This document shows positions 50,101-56,850 of a DNA stretch of 64,000 nucleotides, one piece after another. The notes below the pieces were generated by a model. It was not told where the DNA came from. It ran no database searches and saw nothing but the letters and a program-made list of their open reading frames with translations. How positions within the stretch are numbered: position 1 is the stretch's first letter; every line of letters starts with the position of its first letter. The stretch lies in the IMG/VR virus record IMGVR_UViG_3300022925_000005; one strand, 5' to 3'. The DNA is from a virus. Both the position numbers and the translations under genes were made by a program.

Positions 50101-53100
50101 ATGGAATTGTAGTACCAATTGTGGTTGTTACTAAATTATCACCATATGAATTTTTAGGAATACCCACTGTTGATATTGGATTACCCTTTGAATCAGTTCC
50201 AATCGTTTCTTCAGTTGTAATCGAACTACCACTTTGAATAATTTTTATTACAGTATCAAAGCTAGATGTTACCACATTTGTAGTTTCACCAGTTGCTACA
50301 ATGGATGAGGTGATTTGGGTAATTCCACTAACGTTTAGTGGATTTTCCAAATTCCAAATATAATCCTCAGAATTACCAGCAATAGAACTCAATACCGAAT
50401 CAGTACCATATCTAATAATATCCTCAATTAAACCAAATGATTGAGAAACAATAGTTACCTCCGAATCAGTTGCATCAATTGAACCAGTTGTTGGTGTAAA
50501 GCTTGTTACTCTAATATTACCATCAACATTCAATATTACTTGTGGAGTTTCCAATACAATAGATTGAGCTACTGCTTTTGTGAATTCCTTAGTATATCTA
50601 ATTGCTTCTAAGGTTTCCTCTAATTGAGTTGTATTAGCAATCGATGGATATAAGAAATAATATAATCCAGCTAATTCACTTCTTTCGTTTCCACCATAAA
50701 GTAAATCAGTTAATACGTTATCAATTATATAACCAACATCTCTTCTACATTTAACTCTATCATAAGAGAAGTTTGGATACTGAGTATCAATATATGTTAT
50801 TGTTTCACTTTGTATTAGTGAACGATTTTCTTTTATAAGATTAACCGCATTAAGTACGGATGCTGATGCTGTTACAAATGTATCATTGTTAGCTAACTTT
50901 TCGGTAATACGTTTTGCGTATTTTACACCATCCAAAGTTTGTTGTAACTGACCAACAGTTCTATTATCAACAGTTGCCAATGATGGATATTTGTAATAAA
51001 ACTCACCAGCGGTTACACTTCGTTCGTTACCACCATAATGAATATCGGTTGCTACCGCATCTAAGATATAACCAACATCCCTACTACAACTTGCTTCGTT
51101 ATATTCAAACTCACTCCAAGATGAAGAAATGTATGCGATAGTCTCTGCTTTAACAAAATCTTTGTTTTGATAGATGATATCATATGCATTATCTAACTCA
51201 ACAGAGGGTTCCGTAAACACCTTACCACCTAATATATTGATTGCCAACTCACTAGCATACTTTACGCCGGTTAATGTTGGGTCTTTTTCAGTTGTTGTTG
51301 CGTTTGATGGGAATTGATAGTAGTAAACACCACTACGAATTGATTCCTCATTTCCACCAAATAATAAATCATGTGCTGAAGATGAGATTATAAATCCAAC
51401 ATCCCTTTTACAGGTTTCTTGATTATATGAATGGTCACTCCAAGAAGAACTTAAATATGCAATAGTTTCATCTTGTATGAATGGTATATTTTCAATTAAT
51501 AATGTATATGCGTTTTGAATATCAACAGATGGATTTTCAACCGAGCTACTTAAAATAGTAGTTGGTAGTGAACCAGTTCCGTTTGCCAAAATATCATATA
51601 CAATTGATAACGATGAACTTACATATTCAATCGTTTCCAATGATGAAGTTACATCAGTTTCATATATAGGAGTTTCCGTAAGTTTATAACTTGCAGATGC
51701 GTTACTATCAATATCAGGTGAAAATGTTAATCCATTTTCTATAATACTAATTACCGTATCAAATCTATCAACTATTCTCTGAGATGTATCGGATTGAACT
51801 GCAAATGTTGAATATTGTTCAATATCACTTACCTTAATAGAAGAAGAAACATTATCTATCTGAACATAAGATGCCGTTGCAGCGTTACCTCTATCAATGA
51901 TATCTAATGTGATATCAAAATTAGTATCAATAAATTCAATATCATCAGATGATGCAGTTGCTACATTTGTATATTGAGTATCACCACTTACATTATATAA
52001 AGAAGTTGGTCCGTATCCACCCTTACCACTTTTAGCAAGTAATTTAGGTACATTAGTTATACCATCCTCCACAATTGAACTCACAAGTCTAAAATCAGAT
52101 TTAACCCTTTCAGCCACATCTATTGTAGAATCTTCTGAGATGAAATATTGTGGTACCTCATTTGGGTCGGTAATTCTCCTACCCTCAAATGTATTTGGAA
52201 CTAAATCAGGTATAGATGATAACCCATTCTTAATGGTATCAACAATAATTGAGTAGTTATCTTGTACGTTAAAAAATGCATCAGCATTACCACCACTACC
52301 AGTGATAAAACGTGAACCAGACGCATACATACCATAATCACCGAACGAAGTGTTTGAGTTAAGTAGTACCGCTTGACCACCATCGATTACCTTTACCGAA
52401 TATGCTGAGAAGTTGGTGAAGAAAGATACCAACTGAATGAACCCCCTACCAACAACTTGACAACCTACACCATTTGGTGCGATTTGTGTATATGCATCCA
52501 ATACCATTGAAGCAAGTGGTGAATCGGGGTGTATTCTATTACCATCCACATTCAAACCACCACCCCCAGCAGGAATCTCCTCATACTTTTCTAAGAATGA
52601 GTTCTCTTGATTAGAAATCATCGAACAGTTCTGAACGTATGGTGATGTTGTGATAAATGCGTTTGGTGCGAATGCCACAGCGAATCCCTTTTCAGATACA
52701 TCAACCGATGGGAATACTCTAAGATTACCAAATGTCATTTCAGATAAGTAGTTACCACTATTTACCCAAAATAAATCTTCATTTTCGTTTTTAGCAAGTA
52801 CTTTAGTTACCCTCAAACCACTTCCCCACACAGTTGTGTTCTTTGGAAGTTCAATTGGATTATCTTCTAAATATGTACCAGTATCAACCTTAATAGCAAA
52901 ACCAGTAAATAGTGAACCAGTTGGTAAACCATATCTACCATCATCACCATCGGTTGCAATCTTAGCTGCTTTTTTAATTGTTCTTAGTGGAAATTGTGGT
53001 GTTCTACCATCATTATCATCACTACCATTAGTAGATGATACATAAAGAGTTGCATCACTTTCCCCAAATTCTTTTGCTAGTATCCCACCAAATCTCTGCG

Positions 53101-53362
53101 AATCCACAGACTCATCAGCAAATGATGCGGTTGCATCTAATCTATTTGCAGCATTTGCAAATGCCAATGGCCCATCAATTGTTAATGAACCAGTAATTTC
53201 AACCGAACCAGTTACTCGTTGAGGTGTTGTTAAATCACTACCAATATCTATACTTTGAGATACTAAGAGTGAACCAGATATAAAGACAGAATTATTAACA
53301 GATATACTATCCTTAAAAATATTAACTTCTTCAATCTGTTTTTGTGGTATTAATCTAGCCAT
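41189..53362 (-). CDS. Giant virion protein (4057 aa): pectin-lyase-like beta-helix region plus 21 CxRD helical (phycobiliprotein/globin-like) repeats
   Basis: LYVSSTNGSDDNDG...PLRTIKKAA...GTYLEDNP beta-helix start, then 21 copies of NxxFIQxExIAY...CxRDVGYIxDAVATDLxYGGNERS. Confidence 0.7.
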   Translation of the reverse strand: MARLIPQKQIEEVNIFKDSISVNNSVFISGSLLVSQSIDIGSDLTTPQRVTGSVEITGSLTIDGPLAFANAANRLDATASFADESVDSQRFGGILAKEFGESDATLYVSSTNGSDDNDGRTPQFPLRTIKKAAKIATDGDDGRYGLPTGSLFTGFAIKVDTGTYLEDNPIELPKNTTVWGSGLRVTKVLAKNENEDLFWVNSGNYLSEMTFGNLRVFPSVDVSEKGFAVAFAPNAFITTSPYVQNCSMISNQENSFLEKYEEIPAGGGGLNVDGNRIHPDSPLASMVLDAYTQIAPNGVGCQVVGRGFIQLVSFFTNFSAYSVKVIDGGQAVLLNSNTSFGDYGMYASGSRFITGSGGNADAFFNVQDNYSIIVDTIKNGLSSIPDLVPNTFEGRRITDPNEVPQYFISEDSTIDVAERVKSDFRLVSSIVEDGITNVPKLLAKSGKGGYGPTSLYNVSGDTQYTNVATASSDDIEFIDTNFDITLDIIDRGNAATASYVQIDNVSSSIKVSDIEQYSTFAVQSDTSQRIVDRFDTVISIIENGLTFSPDIDSNASASYKLTETPIYETDVTSSLETIEYVSSSLSIVYDILANGTGSLPTTILSSSVENPSVDIQNAYTLLIENIPFIQDETIAYLSSSWSDHSYNQETCKRDVGFIISSSAHDLLFGGNEESIRSGVYYYQFPSNATTTEKDPTLTGVKYASELAINILGGKVFTEPSVELDNAYDIIYQNKDFVKAETIAYISSSWSEFEYNEASCSRDVGYILDAVATDIHYGGNERSVTAGEFYYKYPSLATVDNRTVGQLQQTLDGVKYAKRITEKLANNDTFVTASASVLNAVNLIKENRSLIQSETITYIDTQYPNFSYDRVKCRRDVGYIIDNVLTDLLYGGNERSELAGLYYFLYPSIANTTQLEETLEAIRYTKEFTKAVAQSIVLETPQVILNVDGNIRVTSFTPTTGSIDATDSEVTIVSQSFGLIEDIIRYGTDSVLSSIAGNSEDYIWNLENPLNVSGITQITSSIVATGETTNVVTSSFDTVIKIIQSGSSITTEETIGTDSKGNPISTVGIPKNSYGDNLVTTTIGTTIPSDITLVKNTEAGILFGDGVQITSSISVDSSNISKVSSSFSIVSDIIKYGISGSLSIVGSSDTSTYFEVVTLEDGSFNINKTQLQKFDDVDGRILGENTGSFDDSVKDPTLTLKRGDLYTFSINSLNNINAIPTETEPFFITTQRSIDSKYRYNSGVTNNGTTFGTITFIVPFDAPDTLFYVNGNDINAGGVINIVDELPLSDTQRYVNVPSLGSFEVITNNVDNIKVTDLSQYSSEVTASISESFDISSSFSNVIDILSNGVGVIPTISKNASGNIKKTSLTQYTSSVDSTDGIINTITSSFNNVMNVIQNGTGSIPTLIENTTDLIKVSSVTQITSSLSGSNTEVVNVSSSFAIVLDILGKGIDSLPIEVSNTNSNIKFYSAEQFTGSLSGSLEDISFVSSSISIVSSIISYGSGSYLTASNYGAISTNPSTIAAYEIIKENIPFIQNETIAYLSSSWSTASYNEASCSRDVGLIVSGAAEDLLYGVYSSSIVNGKFYLEYPSEAETSQLNQTLDGIEYASKLTQNLIQNIEFVTASTEVSASYNLIRNNREFIKEETISYLSSSWSTFDYNEVTCKRDVGHIIDAVSTDLLYGGNERSLNAGVFYYQYPSEATSSQLDQTKDGINYARRLVENIVVGNQFAAAPFSRTNGYDLLFNNKEFIQNEVTEYISSSWSEFEYNDVTCRRDVGYIIDAVATDLLYGGNERSNKAGEFYYLYPSTATTSQLDPTIDGVGYAKNLSIELLQNNVFVTASQQTIEVSNLISENRSLVQNEVIAYISSSWSNFEYNEASCSRDVGYILDAVTTDFYYGGNERSSKAGEFYYLYPSSATVSGSESPNVDAQLYPTVDGVKYAQRLTNKLINNVTLVTASIERQTVHSLMVDNRELIQSEVISFMSSSWSNFQYDDIKCRRDVGYIVDAVATDVLYGGNERSVTAGEFYYLFPSEATTIQSDQTITGITHAAGLADKIIQSTLLVNADSETISAYNSMLDNKELIQNNVTEFIDQLYPYFTYDRVKCRRDVGYIIDAVATDLLWGGNERSIVAGDYYYRYPSKTTSLELTETTMAIEYAKLIVNKLITNVELVVPSISLNTNNNIRFNDTEQYSGSLAISGSSLTDISSSFSVVVDTIQNGLVSLPTEFKNIESLTKVTDATQVTESVSANEQLVSSSYAVVLDILQNGVEVIPTLVENTNGNIKATSTTQITSASAAGATEITKVSSSFALVERIVEGGVDELETIVYNTAGNIKVGNVSQYIGGVGGNSSDVTAISESISIVTDIIQNGTGSLPTIIEYTTPSTDVNTLAAYEILKQNIGFIQSETIAYLSSSWSTASYNEASCSRDVSLIVSGAAEDLIWNSNSASIMNGYYYYLFPSQAQGAQLNQTLDGVFYASRLAQKLIQNVVFESPSTARIAAFDLLRDNTELIQNETIAYLSSSWSGHSYNETTCKRDVGYIIDAVRTDILYGGNERTNKAGEYYYLYPSNATGSELIQTLDGINYAGRLVQKVVQNTTLSNPSTSVVNSYNSILDDKSTIQSKVIAYLSSSFPTHQYNESKCSRDVGYIIDAVATDLFYGGNERSIEAGRFYYLYPSQATGYQIEETVAGIEYAQRLTEVSSKNKGTQIGIVSASIDLINDVIRLGSDNIPFAIAKNFQTSELDTPQNLTTGRYVTASGDYEVGNELAIVSSSFLQINDIIENGIDILPTLVLNTENTIKVTNLTQFTSSLSGTSAEITKVSGSVAIVENIVQNGLSVLPTIVENNTNINNLIKVGSVEQYVSASGADKIQSKIVSSSFGLVIDGLTNGTGSLPTIIEYTERVDAPKTVLAYNLIKENIEFIKEETIQFMSSSWSNFVYNEASCSRDVGLIVSGAAEDLINNSNSASIVNTKFYFEYPSDATGSQLDQTVTAIRYASNLVQNIVRNYEYVTASAEVSSSYNLLVENKEFIVSESIQFVSSSWSDFDYNQNTCGRDVRYIVDAVATDLLYGGNERSVTAGRYYYEYPSSAIVGGVPSATQQKDPTVTAINYVSGLVTKLVGGSVFVTSSNEVEYVYDALRLNREFIQNETIAFVNAKYPNLQYNEASCKRDTGFIVDAVATDLRWGGNQRSLTAGEFYYRFPSQATNVQLGETTDAVTYASDLVKEIVLKNTLSIPTLTENSANNIKVTSATQTLGVGTSDEYTLNAVSSSFGIVMDIVLNGIGSLPTISEYTQSLNDTEVSEAYSLLKSNIPFIQSEVIAYISSSWSGFAYNEASCSRDVGLIVSGAAEDLLFGSVSASVTNGEFYYLYPSDATGSQLNQTLDGIRYASRLANNIIQSVTYVTSSIENVTSYNLLRDNKEFIQSESIAYISSSWSTFGYNEETCKRDVGYIVDAIATDILYGGNERSVTAGDFYYRYPSNATTSELEPTTTGIEYAGDLAEKIIVNEVFVSPSVERIAGNETLLNNRLFIQNEVISYISSSWSNFEYNEASCSRDTGYIVDAVATDLLYGGNERSRTAGEFYYKFPSSATVAGSESPNVNAQLYPTIDGIRYANGISQKLVQNIEFVTSSNEVSSSWNLLRDNKEFIQNEVIAYVSSSWSGVFYNEDKCKRDVGYLIDAAATDMYYGGNERSVTAGSFYYLFPSSATEKGVPSTTAQLDPTVDGIRYAGKLSTKVIKNEPFVQPSASVLVGADLLVGNKELIQKETIAFLSSSWSEFEYNEASCSRDLGYIIDAVRTDLVYGGNERSVQAGTFYYYIPSVATTEQKPQTTDGIDFAKGLSEKVILKEQLVRAPFQTRESVDYLIASKKELQSIAISYTNGAFPGFEYNEEKCYRDTGFIVDAIATDLYYGGNERSIAAAESYYTGVYGSAAEVITNQQYETADVNRYLRTQFQRIVRNSPLEEFGSLIITTGHDFSYAGSGVTYKALPPNQGGAGIPDPDKEITEIAGGRVFFTSGNELGDFRIGTGLVINQATGTLQGRTFSRSLFSLVTPFSLALEG
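41500..51520 (-). repeat. 21 CxRD-containing ~95-aa repeats in five blocks (3, 6, 3, 3, 6), separated by ~45-aa spacer repeats
   Basis: Counted in the translation. Spacer unit approximately VSSSFxIVxDIIxNGxxxLPTxxENTxxxIKV. Confidence 0.85.
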
Positions 53363-53748
53363 TATACTATTTGTGTAATTTTACCTTTAATTTCAAAGTC
53401 AGTCTCAACCACATCAGCTGGAACTCTTGTTATACTTTCAGTAAAAGTTATTGTAATTGAAGTATCATCAAATGTTACATCATAATTTTCACTTTGCTTC
53501 ACTCCATATAAATATACATCTAAGTAATCTTTTGAATCTGAAACTACTAAATCTTCATACACAAATCGATACCCATCCAATACCAAAGTAAATAATGTTT
53601 CGGTATCACCATCAAGTGATATAGATGTAGGAGTTACCTCAAAAATAAAAGTATCTTCAATAACTTCTAATACAAAGTTTTTGAAGAATTGCCTATCTCT
53701 TCGTTTAGTGATATTACCTAAATCTATGTTTGGTTTTTTTCTTGCCAT
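53362..53748 (-). CDS. Hypothetical neck/tail-associated structural protein
   Basis: 128 aa, start/stop overlaps with neighbours. LDVYLYGV...ITITF...EIKGK resembles the C-terminal domain of 54119-55183. Confidence 0.55.
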   Translation of the reverse strand: MARKKPNIDLGNITKRRDRQFFKNFVLEVIEDTFIFEVTPTSISLDGDTETLFTLVLDGYRFVYEDLVVSDSKDYLDVYLYGVKQSENYDVTFDDTSITITFTESITRVPADVVETDFEIKGKITQIV

Positions 53749-54122
53749 TATGATATATTTTCTAAATCACCCTCAATTATTACCACATCACCAATTTCGA
53801 ATGACCATGGTTGTCCATAATTTGGGTCATTTGGATTTTCAATAATTGCTGGGAAGTTTTCTCTAATAAATTTTATATGAAAATCATTTCCAACTTGCTT
53901 AAATTTATAATCTCTTGGTGCTATAAATCCACCATTTACAAATACATCAAATCTACTATCAGAATTTCTCTTAGATTCTAATCTACTATCTAAAGTTTTT
54001 AATCTACAATTATTAGCTTTATAAATCCAATACAATTCATGTGTTAGATTTACAATTTCCATTGTAAACTCATTGGGTTGATTAACCTCTTTCATTATAT
54101 TTTTAAGAGTCTTTATGTTCAT
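53748..54122 (-). CDS. Hypothetical neck/tail-associated structural protein
   Basis: 124 aa. FDVFVNG...DY...IKF...DVVIIEGD resembles its neighbours. Confidence 0.55.
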   Translation of the reverse strand: MNIKTLKNIMKEVNQPNEFTMEIVNLTHELYWIYKANNCRLKTLDSRLESKRNSDSRFDVFVNGGFIAPRDYKFKQVGNDFHIKFIRENFPAIIENPNDPNYGQPWSFEIGDVVIIEGDLENIS

Positions 54123-55183
54123 AATTGCTCGTATTTTCCAACAATATCAACTTCATCATTTTCATCTAAATCAAATCCTAATTCAGAGTTGAATGTAAAT
54201 ATAATTTCATCATCGGTACCATTAAAAGAATATGTGTAATTTGATGCGGGTCTGAATTCTGAATTAACATATACCCTAAACCAATTTAACGTATCAAATG
54301 AACCAATCAGCTCAACAGGTAAAATTGGTAATCTAACATTTGTCAATGTAACAGTTGTGGCATTTGTAAATTCAGCTCTTTGAGAACTTCGTATTGCCAC
54401 AAAATCAATTACCGATTGATATTCATTGTATATGTTAGGATTTGTAAATGATGTACCTGTTAAATCAGTCTCAACACCCCACATCACTTTCTTTGGTGTA
54501 AATGATTTCTTAACAGTTGGTTTATCATCATAAGTTTCAGGTAATAAATAAGCGTTAGTCACCATTGTGAATGATGTTCTAATTATTCGTTCCGAACCTT
54601 CACCAACTTCTTGCTGATTATCAAATGAATCAATACGAGTTCTAAACTTATATCCATTTTCAGTACCCCAATACCTATCAGTAGCATATTGGAATTGTTC
54701 TACAATAGTATTCATATGTTCGGTAAATGATGTCCAAATCATTACCTCATATGTTACAGTTACATAATCTGGAACCGATACCTCATATTGTTCAGTTGCT
54801 CTACTTGCACCAGTTTGTAAAGTAAATCGTTCGTATCTATTATGTTTAGAATATTTTTTGTAAGCAGGTAATGTATTTACATCTTTAAACTGAGCCATTC
54901 CATCTTGCCTATCAATGGAGTTTCGTTTAAACATTACCAATGGTAATTGAATCCTACCTCTACTATCTCTTAGATATCCGTTTGTTCGTGCATTATTCCA
55001 ACGTTCAGCGTTACCATATAAAAGAGGAATTTTAACTTGATTTCCGTTCTCCTCCACTGTTGGAATAATAGAATCAACCATATATTCGGCAATAGTTGTA
55101 TCTATATCAATAAGCTGAACACCCTTAGTGAACTCCTTACTGATACTTATTTGATTTGCTCTATTTGTTTCTCGCTTATTCAT
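54119..55183 (-). CDS. Tail terminator / sheath stabiliser (T4 gp15-like) with a C-terminal extension
   Basis: KIPLLYGNAERW...IQLPLVMF...VPDYVTVTYEVMIW...MNTIVEQ...RIIRTSF, following the neck genes. Confidence 0.7.
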   Translation of the reverse strand: MNKRETNRANQISISKEFTKGVQLIDIDTTIAEYMVDSIIPTVEENGNQVKIPLLYGNAERWNNARTNGYLRDSRGRIQLPLVMFKRNSIDRQDGMAQFKDVNTLPAYKKYSKHNRYERFTLQTGASRATEQYEVSVPDYVTVTYEVMIWTSFTEHMNTIVEQFQYATDRYWGTENGYKFRTRIDSFDNQQEVGEGSERIIRTSFTMVTNAYLLPETYDDKPTVKKSFTPKKVMWGVETDLTGTSFTNPNIYNEYQSVIDFVAIRSSQRAEFTNATTVTLTNVRLPILPVELIGSFDTLNWFRVYVNSEFRPASNYTYSFNGTDDEIIFTFNSELGFDLDENDEVDIVGKYEQL

Positions 55184-55638
55184 TAGATAACTCTCATTTC
55201 AGTTTGAATAGAACTTCTTCTAGTCATAAATGTTGAACATACAATTGAGAATTTCTCAGAACTTTGTCCACCAACTAATTGGTCCTCTCTCACATTATCG
55301 ATTTCAAAATATGCATCATTATGCATTATAATATCACCAATCTCTGGATAGAAGTTCTTATCCTTCAACGTAAAGCGATTAAATCTGAATTCTACATTCT
55401 GACCTGAATCCGAACCGAATCCTTCATATGATACACTACTATCATCTCTATCAATTACGGCAGAACATTCAGTTCCTTGATAATATGTTTTATTTAGGGA
55501 TTCCCCATACAGGTTTGTTGATATATCTTCAATGGCAAGTTTAAATAGAACAACAGTTGTTTCAATAACCGCATCCACTAACTCCCTTGAGATTCCTTCA
55601 AAGAATCTTATATCTCTATCTAATGCAAATCTTGGCAT
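55183..55638 (-). CDS. Neck / head-closure protein (T4 gp14-like)
   Basis: NLYGES..KTY and PEIGDII...YFEIDNV motifs, after the gp13-like gene. Confidence 0.7.
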   Translation of the reverse strand: MPRFALDRDIRFFEGISRELVDAVIETTVVLFKLAIEDISTNLYGESLNKTYYQGTECSAVIDRDDSSVSYEGFGSDSGQNVEFRFNRFTLKDKNFYPEIGDIIMHNDAYFEIDNVREDQLVGGQSSEKFSIVCSTFMTRRSSIQTEMRVI

Positions 55639-55644
55639 ATCTTA

Positions 55645-56790
55645 TTATCCGGTATAAATCGATAATGGAACTTTTCTCAACATCTCTTGTTGATAGTTAG
55701 ATTCATTGTTTCTAATTTCAAATTGAGTCTTTCTACTCAACTCTTCTAAGTTTTCTCTTAGTTGTTCAATCAAATTATCCTTTTCAGTTTGGGCCTCAGC
55801 TCGTAAAGCTGCGCCATCTAAAGATATTTCAGAACCTGGAATTGGAACTGAACTATATTTTTCTCTGATTGCTCCTAATAGTTCTTTTGTAAGAGCAAGT
55901 GTATATTTTCTAATCCATTGTTTACCAACATCATTTATGTATTGATATGGGATAAAATCATATCCAACGTTTGAGTAATCTGAAATTACATCAGGTTTTA
56001 TAGTTGTTGAATTCTCAACAAATTCATTTCTTACAAAATATTCAAAAAACATTCTACCATTTGTAGTTGGTATTGGGAATATTTGTAATTTATTATTTGT
56101 AATGTTAAATGAGTGTGCTGATTTACGAATTTCATCATTAAATTCAATTGCCTGAATTCTAAGTATATCTTCATAAACAGGCATTAAGATAAATTGTGCG
56201 GCTGGTGAGAATGAACCGAATCCAAACTCATCAATCAAATTAAGAGTACCTTGCCCACTTACCGAATAAGGGTCAAAGAATCTATTGATTGCTGGAGTTG
56301 CTTCATGGAATACCTTAACTACATCAATTCTATTACCATTTTCAGAAGAACTAGCGAATAGTTCTAAATCATATGTTTGCTGACCAGCTACAACTTCAAT
56401 GTAATCGGTTTTGATATCAGTATTACCACCCACACCAACTAAAGTACCATAGGCATCAGAAATACCAATCAATGTTGGTAAGAAAGAACCCTCTACTAAT
56501 TTTTGTGAATAATTTTCACCCGTTGGTACACCTTTAAGTACATCGAGGTTATTTCTGATATTAAATTGGTTTACTTGTGCCGCATATTCCGCAGTTGCTT
56601 CCTCAAAGCATGAGTAAAAACTTTCATCAACTAATTCAACATTTTGTATTGGATATCCCAATCTTTTTGCACACCAATTGGCAATTTTAGGTGCATCAGT
56701 TTGAAAAACTGTATCACTATCAAATGTGCCAAATGGAGTATCTCCTACTGAGAACGATGATGAGCCAGGGTATATGTATTCTACTGCCAT
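55645..56790 (-). CDS. Neck protein / head-tail adaptor (T4 gp13-like)
   Basis: RLGYPIQNVEL...WIRKYTLALTKELLG.IR.KYS.VPIPG..ISLDG..L..EA..EK..L.E.L. Confidence 0.8.
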   Translation of the reverse strand: MAVEYIYPGSSSFSVGDTPFGTFDSDTVFQTDAPKIANWCAKRLGYPIQNVELVDESFYSCFEEATAEYAAQVNQFNIRNNLDVLKGVPTGENYSQKLVEGSFLPTLIGISDAYGTLVGVGGNTDIKTDYIEVVAGQQTYDLELFASSSENGNRIDVVKVFHEATPAINRFFDPYSVSGQGTLNLIDEFGFGSFSPAAQFILMPVYEDILRIQAIEFNDEIRKSAHSFNITNNKLQIFPIPTTNGRMFFEYFVRNEFVENSTTIKPDVISDYSNVGYDFIPYQYINDVGKQWIRKYTLALTKELLGAIREKYSSVPIPGSEISLDGAALRAEAQTEKDNLIEQLRENLEELSRKTQFEIRNNESNYQQEMLRKVPLSIYTG

Positions 56791-56818
56791 TTATTATTCC
56801 TCTCTTTAATATCTTATC

Positions 56819-56827
56819 TATAAATAT
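56819..56827 (-). promoter_or_regulatory. Candidate phage late promoter (ATATTTATA)
   Basis: Motif about 29 nt upstream of the neck gene ATG, followed by GAGAGGA. Confidence 0.55.
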
Positions 56828-56850
56828 AAAGAAAAAGAAGAATAGGTGTT

